From Nemertoderma westbladi (taxonomy: Eukaryota; Animalia; Xenacoelomorpha): a stretch of 32,027 nucleotides of DNA. This document shows, piece by piece, positions 12,386-23,965 of the stretch. The first letter of the stretch is position 1; each line of letters begins with the position of its first letter. The stretch covers positions 1 to 32,027 of the forward strand of contig JAUCBJ010004951.1 in assembly GCA_032718475.1 (NCBI GenBank), in the 5' to 3' direction. Under the pieces are notes generated by a model. The model was not told the origin of the DNA. It worked only from the letters and a program-made list of their open reading frames with translations, and ran no database searches. The position numbers and the translations under genes were made by a program.

Positions 12386-13101
12386 CAATTTATAACATTC
12401 CCAAAATTCCATTAATTAATAGATCATGGGAGCGGAGATTCACCCTATTAAGTATATTAGTGTGCGAGAATCTCCAATATATAGTCAATAGCCGATAAAA
12501 TTCATAAAATCATATATAAAGGGGAATATTGACAATTAAAGAATTACTATTAAATAGCATCCCAGATCTGTATGCATGAGAATTACCCTAATTCTACTGC
12601 TAGCTTTCCATAATGTCACCATAGCAACAACCACGCTAGAATTAGAAGCAAGTTAAAAGAACAATAGAAAGCTTGCCCCATTGAATAGCATACGGAATAA
12701 AAAGCATACTGCTAGTATCCAAGGATACATAATAATAACGTGGCATTCTGGAAGGCACTTGACTAACAGACAAATGTCCCGAATGTGTACAATTTGTGAC
12801 AGTTGTGTGGGATTTGTGCGTTTATAGGTGAATGTTGCTACTAAAGTGTGTTTACAGTAGCTAGTTGCAGTTGTGAAAGTAGCCCTACCTCTACAGTAAG
12901 AACCTGAAGTAAATCTAAGCCCTTGGGACGGACAGTGGAGTGACTCGCGCTGGTTATTGTTGTCATTGTGTAGCTACTACGTTGGCGATAGGTACCGCGA
13001 CAACAGTACATCGGCGCTGAGGATATTGCGCTGTCCGGGGGTAGTGAGGGGTAGGCAGCGACGCCCACTATCCTAATTAAAATTAATTATAATATTGATA
13101 A

Positions 13102-14394
13102 ACTCATATAGCAGCTGTGACTGAGTTGATAGAAGATGATCTTGGTATCAGGGAGCGATATACCTTACCGTTGCAAGCGTTTGTTGATAGCTTAATACGC
13201 GGAGATGCTAGTCCAACTACTACGGAGGACGATGGCCATTATATCGAACCGCCGATGTCCAAGGAACAACTCACGCGTGAATTGGACTATAGAAAATTCA
13301 CCACTTGCTATACGCATTGTAATGGTACATATATGGACTTCTTAACTACTGGTCATCCTATTGATTTACACGATACGGATGATGTAGACACCGAAAGGGA
13401 AATGGTTCTATTTAAATATCATACCCAGCGGAGTCGCAACGACAAACCAAGAATCGAACATGAGAATTCTATTCAAAACCGACTCGAAAGAGAAGACGTT
13501 GAAGAGCCGGATAAACGCAGCGACTTCAACGAATATCTGGAATTCTTGAGAGAAACATATCTCAATATTGCCAGTCAACAAAATCTAGAAACTCGATATC
13601 CTCAAGGTATACATCATGACCCTATGATAGAACTCAAACGGCTCTATTTCAATATGATGTATCTTACCGCCGATCGACCGCTGCCTGTTGTCCCGGATAG
13701 CTTCGAACAGATGGAGGAATATTGTAAAACTGGAGAACGATCACCCGCGTTTCCCCTACAGGACTTGCGTCTTTGGTATTATTGTGATGAATGCCCTAGA
13801 CCCAACCAACAAACGGAAAGACATAAACATCTGCGGAGACGTTGCGCTAAACACAGTCTTACTCGCTATACTTACGGGAGTTTCGAGCGAAATTTGTTCG
13901 ACGTGTCACCTACGCTCGCTCGACTCAAACGATCGGTAAATAAACCCATGATCAGAGTTCCGGAATACTCGGTCAAACCTCCTCATTCCCTAGTGAGACC
14001 TCAAACTCTTGATCCTAATAGTATCACGGATCCTCCCGAACTGTACTCACTGTTCAAAGATTTGGTGTTACCCGAACAATTAATCGGTGGCACTCCGGTA
14101 GTGGGCTCTCTGGACATTCGCCCATCCTACCTAGCCGGATTGGGACGCGGCCATTTAATATCGCCGTTCAACCCTTACAATCGTCCCGGTTTAACCCCGA
14201 TGCAACCCGTCACCGAAGTCAAGGAGAGCATTATAAGAAACGCATTAGACGCTATTCGGCAGAATATCGGAAAAGGAACGTACGATTGTTTAGAGAAACG
14301 TAAATTGCAGCAACAAGTCCAATCGGTGAAGGAGTTGGCCTTACCACAGTTCGATCGAGAAATTCAGAACCTCGAGGAAGACATCGAACTTTGA
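13102..14394 (+). CDS. Orphan ORF, N-terminal part (possible Cys/His cluster)
   Basis: About 430 open codons in a GC-richer block; first ATG at 13255; CDEC...HKH...CAKH cluster. No family recognised. Confidence 0.5.
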   Translation, partial: THIAAVTELIEDDLGIRERYTLPLQAFVDSLIRGDASPTTTEDDGHYIEPPMSKEQLTRELDYRKFTTCYTHCNGTYMDFLTTGHPIDLHDTDDVDTEREMVLFKYHTQRSRNDKPRIEHENSIQNRLEREDVEEPDKRSDFNEYLEFLRETYLNIASQQNLETRYPQGIHHDPMIELKRLYFNMMYLTADRPLPVVPDSFEQMEEYCKTGERSPAFPLQDLRLWYYCDECPRPNQQTERHKHLRRRCAKHSLTRYTYGSFERNLFDVSPTLARLKRSVNKPMIRVPEYSVKPPHSLVRPQTLDPNSITDPPELYSLFKDLVLPEQLIGGTPVVGSLDIRPSYLAGLGRGHLISPFNPYNRPGLTPMQPVTEVKESIIRNALDAIRQNIGKGTYDCLEKRKLQQQVQSVKELALPQFDREIQNLEEDIEL

Positions 14395-14478
14395 CGAACC
14401 TATTCTCTACAAGAGTTTTTAGATGAACGCTTACAAAGACAAGCGGAGGAAAATCAGCTCGAGGAGAAACACATCAAA

Positions 14479-15315
14479 ATGGATGAGAGAGAAGAAGCAG
14501 CTTTAGCCCAACCCAAAGCTCAAATCCTTATGACTGATCTCTATTCCAAAACCATCATTCATCCCTCGATGATTCCCCATTTCGGAGACAAACTCTTCGC
14601 AACGGTACAACCCCAATCGGTTGATATCAACCTAAGATCCCGAGATCTTATCGCTGATGCTCCCATGTTACAGCGTCCACCAATCGAGGCCGCTCGTGTC
14701 GACGGTATACTCGTTGAACCTCCGGACAATCAAGCGGATATTGTCCGTCGTATGGTACACGAGGTCAACATACGCGCTAGACCTCTACCGAACTCGTTTT
14801 ATGGGATCAAAGACCACCCTTATTATGTCAATCTAACTCTGTATTATATGGTAAAATCGGAAGATCCTACCCATAGTCTAAGGTTTCTACCACTAATAAA
14901 TCCTCTCGATCTTGTCGAACTCGAACAATTGCAGAAACATCTGGATCAGTTAGTGAAAGTAAACTCATTCAGAAAACCCTATAATGTTTCCAGAATAGAG
15001 AAGGATATAACGACTCCGTATAATCTCGATGGATTTATTAAAACTCGATTAGTCCATTGGAATCTCGACGTATTATTCGAAGAAGAGAGAATACAAAGAT
15101 ATGGAGATGTAGAGACATATACTACACAGTATCTGAAGTATAGGGATCTCCCTAACGCTAACGAATGCACCACCTTATGGCATCCGGTGGGGATGACCCT
15201 AGAGAACGCCACTACAGAGTGGAACGAAACTCTTAACGTTATCGAAATGTATGGAGTTGTCACTTACGATAACGAGGTAGCGTTCCGGTCGGAGAACTGG
15301 GAACTACGCGCATGA
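14479..15315 (+). CDS. Orphan ORF, same frame as the upstream ORF and separated from it by one TGA
   Basis: 278 aa; the 28 codons 14395-14478 between the TGA and this ATG are open. Confidence 0.5.
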   Translation: MDEREEAALAQPKAQILMTDLYSKTIIHPSMIPHFGDKLFATVQPQSVDINLRSRDLIADAPMLQRPPIEAARVDGILVEPPDNQADIVRRMVHEVNIRARPLPNSFYGIKDHPYYVNLTLYYMVKSEDPTHSLRFLPLINPLDLVELEQLQKHLDQLVKVNSFRKPYNVSRIEKDITTPYNLDGFIKTRLVHWNLDVLFEEERIQRYGDVETYTTQYLKYRDLPNANECTTLWHPVGMTLENATTEWNETLNVIEMYGVVTYDNEVAFRSENWELRA

Positions 15316-15653
15316 TACACATACAAGGACTAGCTGGTTCTACCCACGTGTTTACTCGAGCGTGTTCCGACGTGATCGATTATTCTTTTGAGACTCTCAC
15401 CGAGATACAAAAGAAACTCCGGCATGGACAATTCGAACTCGCGCAGCGTTACGTCACCGACACCGAGTGTAAACCGGCCATGGTATCGATGGATCGATGT
15501 TACCCCAGCCCGTGCTCGAGATGTTGTTTAACGAAAGAATCCTTAAAATCGGCTCAGCTGTTTATGGAGATCTCCAAAACGACTTTCGGAACATGGAGAA
15601 TATCCCATTATTTTTCACGTTATAAAAATTTCCATTTAGGTACAGTATTTTAA
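15312..15653 (+). CDS. Possible small Cys-containing ORF
   Basis: Starts in an ATGA overlap with the previous stop; runs into AT-rich DNA after ~15600. Confidence 0.25.
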   Translation: MIHIQGLAGSTHVFTRACSDVIDYSFETLTEIQKKLRHGQFELAQRYVTDTECKPAMVSMDRCYPSPCSRCCLTKESLKSAQLFMEISKTTFGTWRISHYFSRYKNFHLGTVF

Positions 15654-16556
15654 TGTCTACAATGCCAAAATTGTAAATTAAGTAAAAATTTTTACTGAAA
15701 TTATTAAAATGTTGATTGATTGATGTTCGGAGACAGGGAGGGGGGGACTGGACGCAAATCCCATATATGCGAATTAATATCCCCCTCAATGTTAAAATTG
15801 CAATTTAGGGAAAGGAGCAGGTTACAGTGGCAAGTTATTTTAACCAAAACAATAAACCATATACAATAAAACAGCTTACAGTTTTATTTTTGAATGTTAT
15901 TAGGCTTTATTTGCGACGAATTAATTTATATTGCGTCCAGTTCCCCCCCCCCCCCCCCCCCCCCCCCCCTGGATGTACCACGAGGCATCATCATGTACTA
16001 CTTGGCCTAATTATGATACGTGTGGCATCATGTACTGTAGGCCCTATTAATAATGTAGTGTACAGATACAGTATTTCTATATCTCTCTACATTACTTCTC
16101 ATTGGTTCCAAAATTTCTGCTTGATTCCGATCTCCATACTGTAGTATGGGGGGAGGGGGGGGGGGGGGGGGGCAACCACTATTATTTATGTAATTTATTT
16201 ATTATTTATTTATGATAACATTCTTCTACATTTTTGTTATGTTAAAATATAAGAAGTAATCTTGGACAAAATCTATCTTCTTGTCTAAACTTGAAATCTA
16301 CGGCCGTAATCATTGCTGATATTATGATCATGAAATTTAAGATGAAATCTAATTCAAAATAAAGGACACTATTGTAAGTGACTTACACTTATGTAGATAC
16401 TATAAAGAAGTTAATACTGAACACTGGAATTAAACTGAAAATGAAATCTAAAACCGAAATTACTGAAATTATTTAGGAAACTAAAACTTTAGGATTTACT
16501 CGAACTTCCTGTAGGGACGACTCTAAATTAATAATTCGGCATCCGATACTAATTAT

Positions 16557-19500
16557 TAAACTTGTAGCTAGAACGTCATTTTATGAATAACATATGTAAC
16601 ATAAACGTCATTTTTACATTCGTTTTAATCTTGGACGAAATATAAGCTTTAATCTATGGGGTAGGGACAAATCTAAGCAGAAATCTATGGGGTAATCTTA
16701 GACAAAACATAATCTGAAATCGAAAAAGTAATCTTGGACGAAATCTAACCTCTTGTCTAACTTGATATCCCACACCACAATCTTGGCTTAGATTTATTGT
16801 GAAACCGAAACGGAAATCCAAAGAGTAATCTTGGACAAAATCTAAGCTGAAATCGATGCTGTAATCTTAAAAGCTAAATCTAAAAAGTAATTTTGGATCA
16901 AATCTAACATATCGTATAATTTGAAATCAAAGACCACAATCCTGATTTAGATTTATTCTGAAATCTAAGACGAAATCCAAAGAGTAATCTTGGACGAAAT
17001 ATAAGCTTTAATCTATGGGGTAGGGACAAATCTAAGCAGAAATCTATGGGGTAATCTTAGACAAAACATAATCTGAAATCGAAAAAGTAATCTTGGACGA
17101 AATCTAACCTCTCGTCTAACTTGATATCCCACACCACAATCTTGGCTTAGATTTATTGTGAAACCGAAACGGAAATCCAAAGAGTAATCTTGGACAAAAT
17201 CTAAGCTGAAATCGATGCTGTAATCTTAAAAGCTAAATCTAAAAAGTAATTTTGGATCAAATCTAACATATCGTATAATTTGAAATCAAAGACCACAATC
17301 CTGATTTAGATTTATTCTGAAATCTAAGACGAAATCCAAAGAGTAATCTTGGACGAAATATAAGCTTTAATCTATGGGGTAGGGACAAATCTAAGCAGAA
17401 ATCTATGGGGTAATCTTAGACAAAACATAATCTGAGATCTAAAAAGTAATTTTGAATGAAATCTAATCTCTCGTCAGACTTGAAATCTCGGCTTAGATTT
17501 ATTCTGAAATCTAAGACGAAAACCAAAGAGTAATCTTGGAATATAAGCCGGAATGAAGCCGACTGTTTAGAACCAACAGCGTAATGTATAGTAGTATATA
17601 GATATTCACATACACTACACATGATAACTTCACATAATAGTAGAGTAGTAATTAGTACAAGATACCACATACATCATCAACTTTATATCAGTAAAGATAT
17701 TTACAGAAATTATATTTTACAGTACAGTAAGTGTGCATTGTACTAGATAAACATTCATTGCCAGCTATTCAAAGAATATTTATAGTAATAATAGCTAAGA
17801 GGTACGTACACTTTGAATAATAGTTAAGTGCCGTTCTGGTCACATACATATATCTCTCAGTACGTTTTGCCTACACCTTGATACATAATTATTTAACTTG
17901 TAGCTAGAACGTTATTTTATGAATAACATATGTAACATAAACGTCATTTTTACATTAAGTTTTAATCTTGGACGAAATATAAGCTTTAATCTATGGGGTA
18001 GGAACAAATCTAAGCAGAAATCTATGGGGTAATCTTAGACAAAACATAATCTGAAATCGAAATAGTAATCTTGGACAAAATCTAACCTCTCGTCTAACTT
18101 GATATCCCAAACCACAATCTTGGCTTAGATTTATTGTGAAACCGAAACGGAAATCCAAAGAGTATTCTTAGACGAAATCTAAGCTGAAATCGATGCTGTA
18201 ATCTTAAAAGCTAAATCTAAAAAGTAATTTTGGATCAAATCTAACATCTCGTATAACTTGAAATCTAAGACCACAATCCTGATTTAGATTTATTCTGAAA
18301 TCTAAGACGAAATCCAAAGAGTAATCTTGGACGAAATATAGCTTTAATCTATGGGGTAGGGACAAATCTAAGCAGAAATCTATGGGGTAATCTTAGACAA
18401 AACATAATCTGAAATCTAAAAAGTAATTTTGAACGAAATCTAACCTCTCGTCTAACTTGAAATCTCGGCTTAGATTTATTCTGAAATCTAAGACGAAAAC
18501 CAAAGAGTAATCTTGGAATATAAGCCGGATTGAAGTAGTATATAGATATTCACATACACTACATGATATCTTCACATAATAGTAGAGTAGTAATTAGTAC
18601 AAGATACCACATACATCATCAACTTTATATCAGTAAAGATATTTACAGAAATTATATTTTACAGTACAGTAAGTGTGCATTGTACTAGATAAACATTCAT
18701 TGCCAGCTATTCAAAGAATATTTATAGTAATAATAGCTAAGAGGTACGTACACTTTGAATAATAGTAAAGTGCCGTTCTGGTCACATACATATATCTCTC
18801 AGTACGTTTTGCCTACACCTTGATACATAATTATTTAACTTGTAGCTAGAACGTTATTTTATGAATAACATATGTAACATAAACGTCATTTTTACATTAA
18901 GTTTTAATCTTGGACGAAATATAAGCTTTAATCTATGGGGTAGGGACAAATCTAAGCAGAAATCTATGGGGTAATCTTAGACAAAACATAATCTGAAATC
19001 GAAATAGTAATCTTGGACAAAATCTAACCTCTCGTCTAACTTGATATCCCAAACCACAATATTGGCTTAGATTTATTGTGAAACCGAAACGGAAATCCAA
19101 AGAGTATTCTTAGACGAAATCTAAGCTGAAATCGATGCTGTAATCTTAAAAGCTAAATCTAAAAAGTAATTTTGGATCAAATCTAACATCTCGTATAACT
19201 TGAAATCTAAGACCACAATCCTGATTTAGATTTATTCTGAAATCTAAGACGAAATCCAAAGAGTAATCTTGGACGAAATATAGCTTTAATCTATGGGGTA
19301 GGGACAAATCTAAGCAGAAATCTATGGTGTAATCTTAGACAAAACATAATCTGAAATCTTAAAAGTAATTTTGAACGAAATCTAACCTCTCGTCTAACTT
19401 GAAATCTCGGCTTAGATTTATTCTGAAATCTAAGACGAAAACCAAAGAGTAATCTTGGAATATAAGCCGGATTGAAGCCGACTGTTTAGAACCTACAGCA

Positions 19501-20880
19501 TAATGTGGGGCGAGCCACGAAGTTGGCGGAGCCTTAGCGAATTGACACTGTTAGGGGGTGGGTCAATTTATGCAAATAGTTGTCGTCGTCGTCGTTGTCG
19601 TCGTCGTCGTCGTTGTCGTTGTCGTCGTCGTCGTCGTCGTCGTCGTTACGATTTTGACATGCTAATAACTTTGTCGGATTTAAAGCTGCCAAGTTGAAAA
19701 TTTGTAGGTATCAATATGAGCAAAAGTTGAGATTTTTGAGAGACTTTCAGATACCATCAGTGCAATGGTCTCCCGCTAGAGGGCCACATGTCTAAACATT
19801 AAATGCCCTCCCATTTCTTTGCTTTTAATCCGTTTAAGCTGAAACTTGGCAGATATGTATTAGACCATTAGCTGTGACTTTCAAAAGAGGCGAATCCATC
19901 TGCAGTTCTCCAGTCTGCCGCTGGAGGGCCAACGTGACTATTTGCATAAATTGACCTACCCCCTAACAGTGTCAATTCGCTAAGGCTCTGCCAACTTCGT
20001 GCTGCGCGAAGTCCCCACTTCGTGTATAGTAGTATATAGATATTCACATACACTACATGATATCTTCACATAATAGTAGAGTAGTAATTAGTACAAGATA
20101 CCACATACATCATCAACTTTATATCAGTAAAGATATTTACAGAAATTATATTTTACAGTACAGTAAGTGTGCATTGTACTAGATAAACATTCATTGCCAG
20201 CTATTCAAAGAATATTAATAGTAATAATAGCTAAGAGGTACGTACACTTTGAATAATAGTAAAGTGCCGTTCTGGTCACATACATATATCTCTCAGTACG
20301 TTTTGCCTACACCTTGATACATAATTATTAAACTTGTAGCTAGAACGTTATTTTATGAATAACATATGTAACATAAACGTCATTTTTACATTAAGTTTTA
20401 ATCTTGGACGACATATAAGCTTTAATCTATGGGTTAGGGACAAATCTAAGCAGAAATCTATGGGGTAATCTTAGACAAAACATAATCTGAAATCTAAAAA
20501 GTAATTTTGAACGAAATCTAACCTCTCGTCTAACTTGAAATCTCGGCTTAGATTTATTCTGAAATCTAAGACGAAAACCAAAGAGTAATCTTGGAATATA
20601 AGCCGGAATGAAGCCGACTGTTTATAACCAACAGCGTAATGTATAGTATATAGATATTCACATACACTACATGATAACTTCACTTTTGCCTACCACTTTG
20701 ATACATAATTATTAAACTTGTAACTAGAACGTTATTTTATGAATAACATATGTAACATAAACGCCATTTCTACATTAAGTCAGTCTTAATCTTGGTCGAA
20801 ATATAAACTGAAATCTATGGGGTAAGTTTAGACGAAATATAGCTGAAATCTAAAAAGTAATCTTGGACTAAATATTATCT
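16557..20880. repeat. Higher-order satellite array (359-bp A unit, truncated A', ~380-400-bp B unit)
   Basis: A/A' starts at 16627, 16986, 17345, 17964, 18323, 18906, 19265 and 20400. B blocks at ~17580, 18535, 20023 and partially 20640. Higher-order period 942 bp (17964 to 18906). Confidence 0.95.
19507..20022. mobile_element. Non-autonomous inverted-repeat element (MITE or Helentron/DINE-1-like HINE) inserted in the satellite
   Basis: 65-bp inverted repeats 19516-19580 and 19937-20001 (2 mismatches); (GTC)n at ~19582-19645; hairpin CGAAGT-CCCC-ACTTCG at 20007-20022; TGT on both flanks; empty site at ~17578-17595. Confidence 0.85.
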
Positions 20881-21469
20881 TTCGTCCTACTTGAAATGTA
20901 AGACTGTAATATTGGCTTTGATTTAATTTAAATCTAAGCTGAAATTCAAACAGTCAGCTTAACTTCAGTAAAAATCTTCCAAATAATTATAATTTTGTTG
21001 TGCATACTGGACATTAGGTTACTCATTGCAGGAATATAACTAGTAATTATAGCTAAGTGGATCACTTGGGATTGACAAATATAGTGAATTACCATTCTGG
21101 AATTATATGATCTGAAATATAGATTTTAATCTTGGTCAAAAAAGCATTAATCTACAGCGTACTATAAATCGTAATCTATATAGCAATCTAAGGTGATGTC
21201 CAAGAAGTCTTACCTAAAATGTAATCAAACCTGTCATCACTACAGTGACTTCAATTCTAACTCGCACAAGATGTAAGTAAAGTACAAGCGCTGAATTACA
21301 ACCTAGTGTAGACTCTAATCCGTAATTCGATAAATATTTTAATATTTTTGAATGAATTCATTGGAAATCTATGGCTTTTCAATAAACGACCTCAGTTAGG
21401 GTGTATCATATAACCGTTTTCCCCTTATCCTTTAGTATAACAGGAATCGGCGCAGGGTGCACAGCAATG

Positions 21470-21812
21470 CCTACTATGTACACATAAGTAATGATATGTT
21501 ATACAACTAGGGCGATATCTCGTTGACAAGACCCGGCATCACCCTGCAGAACGCAGAGACGCAGTCTGAAGCTTGTTGGACACTGTTTTCGCTGGAAGGA
21601 TCAACCTGTCTGCAATCTCGTGCTGTGGCATCCTTCCTTCGAGAATAGGTGTGGTGGACAGCTAATGACTTTCCTCAAAGGCCTGCTTAAGGACACCAAA
21701 CTTGAGAATAGGGATGAACTGGAAAACTATATAGCTGAATGTGAAATCTGGGGGCGCTATGTTGTTGCTTCCGACGGCACTGCACCTTAGTTCAAACTGA
21801 TGATCATCATTA
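21470..21812 (+). pseudogene. 3' end of an RTE-like LINE, 5'-truncated
   Basis: Manual translation HISNDMLY...RRSLKLVGHCFRWKDQPVCNLVLWHP...TFLKGLLKDTKLENRDELENYIAECEIW...*, then a short tgatgat tail. Confidence 0.7.
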
Positions 21813-22309
21813 CTATATATAATAAATTCACAAACCAAATTCAACTGTTTACATTCCAAATTTCCGATCCAATAATCATTGCTTAAATAAAACACTCACA
21901 ATAACCGCGTTCAATTGTGTAATTAAGTCACTCTAAATGAACTTCAGTTACTAATTAGTATATCTCAGAATAACACATAACTTGGTGAACTGTATAGTCT
22001 GTCAAAGGCTTGAAATAGAATTTGCATAGAATTATAAAATATTTTTATTGAATATGAACATGAACATGAATTTATTATTATTGGTATGGCTGAATAAATG
22101 TAGTAATATTACTATTAAAATTTGAAGTTAACCACAATGATGTTAGTTTTCGTAAAATCTAAGGCCGATTATTATAAAATTTAGCTCTTTGTATACATTG
22201 GCATTACTTAAAAAATAATAACAGTGAAAAATATACTGTACTTGTACATAAACTATGTATTCTATGAAACTGACGGGAAACCTACCTACTGGCTGACAGA
22301 AGCTCCTCA

Positions 22310-22510
22310 AACATATTGTAATCCGTTAGATATGTATATATAATCCGTTAGATGTTAAACCAATTTTTGGTGAAGACGTTTTGGCTACTTGATAACGTTT
22401 TGGCTACTCGTAGCCAAAACGTTTAAAATCTACCAAAACGTCTACCGCATATAACTTGGAGTAGCTAGAACGTCACTGCATATAACAAATTAAACGTTTT
22501 AGCTACAACG
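22310..22510. repeat. Cluster of short direct and inverted repeats
   Basis: acgttttggctact x2; perfect 14-bp-stem hairpin 22394-22423; taatccgttagat x2. Confidence 0.7.
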
Positions 22511-22655
22511 AATATACATATATATATATATATTATTTACTATAAATACCGGTATATTTTACATTTCATATATTATTATATATGATCCAGTAAACCCGCA
22601 GTACGCCGACAGCCTTACCCGGACATTCAAAATACATAGCGAATAGTCTTCTAGG

Positions 22656-23256
22656 TGTTGCTGTGACAGTGGCTTCACATTCGCTATATAAATATTGCTT
22701 ATTATCAGCCGCTATTAGGTGACATGGCTGCTCATTAATTTACATCCAGGAGGGATCCCGATTTATCCGATGTGGTATTTAGTCCACGCGTCCCTGCCGT
22801 GTATAAGAGTGAAATAAAGATAACTGAGTTCTGAAGTTCGGTGTATAATAATAGGTTATAGGATATAGATATATTGTGAATTATACGGTAGGCGGGATAC
22901 GGTAACTAAAGTCCCGTGATCCCCTAACTAAACTAATTGGCTGTTCCCTACGCTAGCACTGCTGCACTGAGATAACTGAATCACTGATTAATAGGTTATT
23001 GGTTATATTGCACGGTGGCCTTACTGCTACTCAATCGATGCCATTCCCCCCCTCTGATTGGTTAATACCCTTGTTGGCCGTTCACTCCACCTGTTCTCCC
23101 TGGGTTAGGGGTTTGGCCCCTGACCCTCTATTGTGTGCTTCCTTCCCACTCTTATTGGGATGGCACGAGTTGGTTAATTGCCCAATCTCGTGGCTCCCAA
23201 TATTGCTTATCGGCTTACAACTTTATGGGGTTTTGGCGGGATTGAATAAGCTAACA
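22656..23256 (-). repeat. Putative 3' LTR (~601 bp)
   Basis: Minus strand begins TGTTAGC right after the purine tract and can end GCAACA at 22656 (TGTT...AACA). The distal boundary is inferred because the second LTR is not in the window. Confidence 0.6.
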
Positions 23257-23265
23257 CTCCCCCCC
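23257..23265 (-). promoter_or_regulatory. Polypurine tract
   Basis: Minus strand reads ...CAT-GGGGGGGAG|TGTTAG, the typical BEL/Pao G-run PPT abutting TGT. Confidence 0.75.
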
Positions 23266-23965
23266 ATGCTATCTTCCCGGTAAGAAGATAGCATCAACCA
23301 AAAAAGTGCGCTACAATCCCGCTGGATCCCGATCTAGTATCGGGTGTGGGGTGGAATTCTTTTCTCTTGGAGCCGGCTTTCCAGGCCGCCCCCTATGGGT
23401 ATGATAACGCTACCCTGTGTGCCTGGCGTCTCATGTCGGGCCAATCGCGCTCACCTCTTCACGCGATTTTTGTTTCCCCAACACTTTCGCCCTACCTCCC
23501 CTCTACTCTCACCCTAACTCTCTCATACCCCCGGACCTCCTCGTCCCTCACTCAGCCTCTTATTCTCCCCCCCCCCCCCACACTAGAATTGCGTTCGCAC
23601 TCTCTCCGCACTTCACTCTATCCGATTCTCAACTCCACTTTGACTGTTTTATCTCTCCTGACGAACCTCCCCCCCTCTCTCGTGCCGTCGCACTCAAGAA
23701 GTGTGAAATTGTCAGTTGTCTCGTCCATAGTGCCATAGTCAATTGTCCCCCAGTCCCAGTAGCTAATTGAGAAAGGTTGTATGACTATAGTACTTACTCC
23801 AAACGTATGGATTTTACTGCTAATCACTACGTACGTACATACAAATTGCACTTATATGGTTATTTGCATTAATTAAATTTATACTTAATAGTTCGTACGT
23901 TACATGCGGCGCCTTCCAGGCGCACCACTTCCCAGTCTCAGTCTCATTCCCTCGTCTCCGGGAAC

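Noticed and set aside
15740-15970. Short inverted repeat (actggacgcaa / ttgcgtccagt beside G/C runs) as a MITE
   Set aside because: Only 11 informative bases and no TSD or clear ends.
17416-20683. Repeated short ORFs in the satellite and the poly-Arg ORF at 19503
   Set aside because: Products of repeat units and a (GTC)n microsatellite.
22141-22146. Alternative distal LTR end (tgttag)
   Set aside because: Would include AT-rich, repeat-laden DNA unlike the rest of the LTR. 22656 is preferred, but neither is provable without the 5' LTR.
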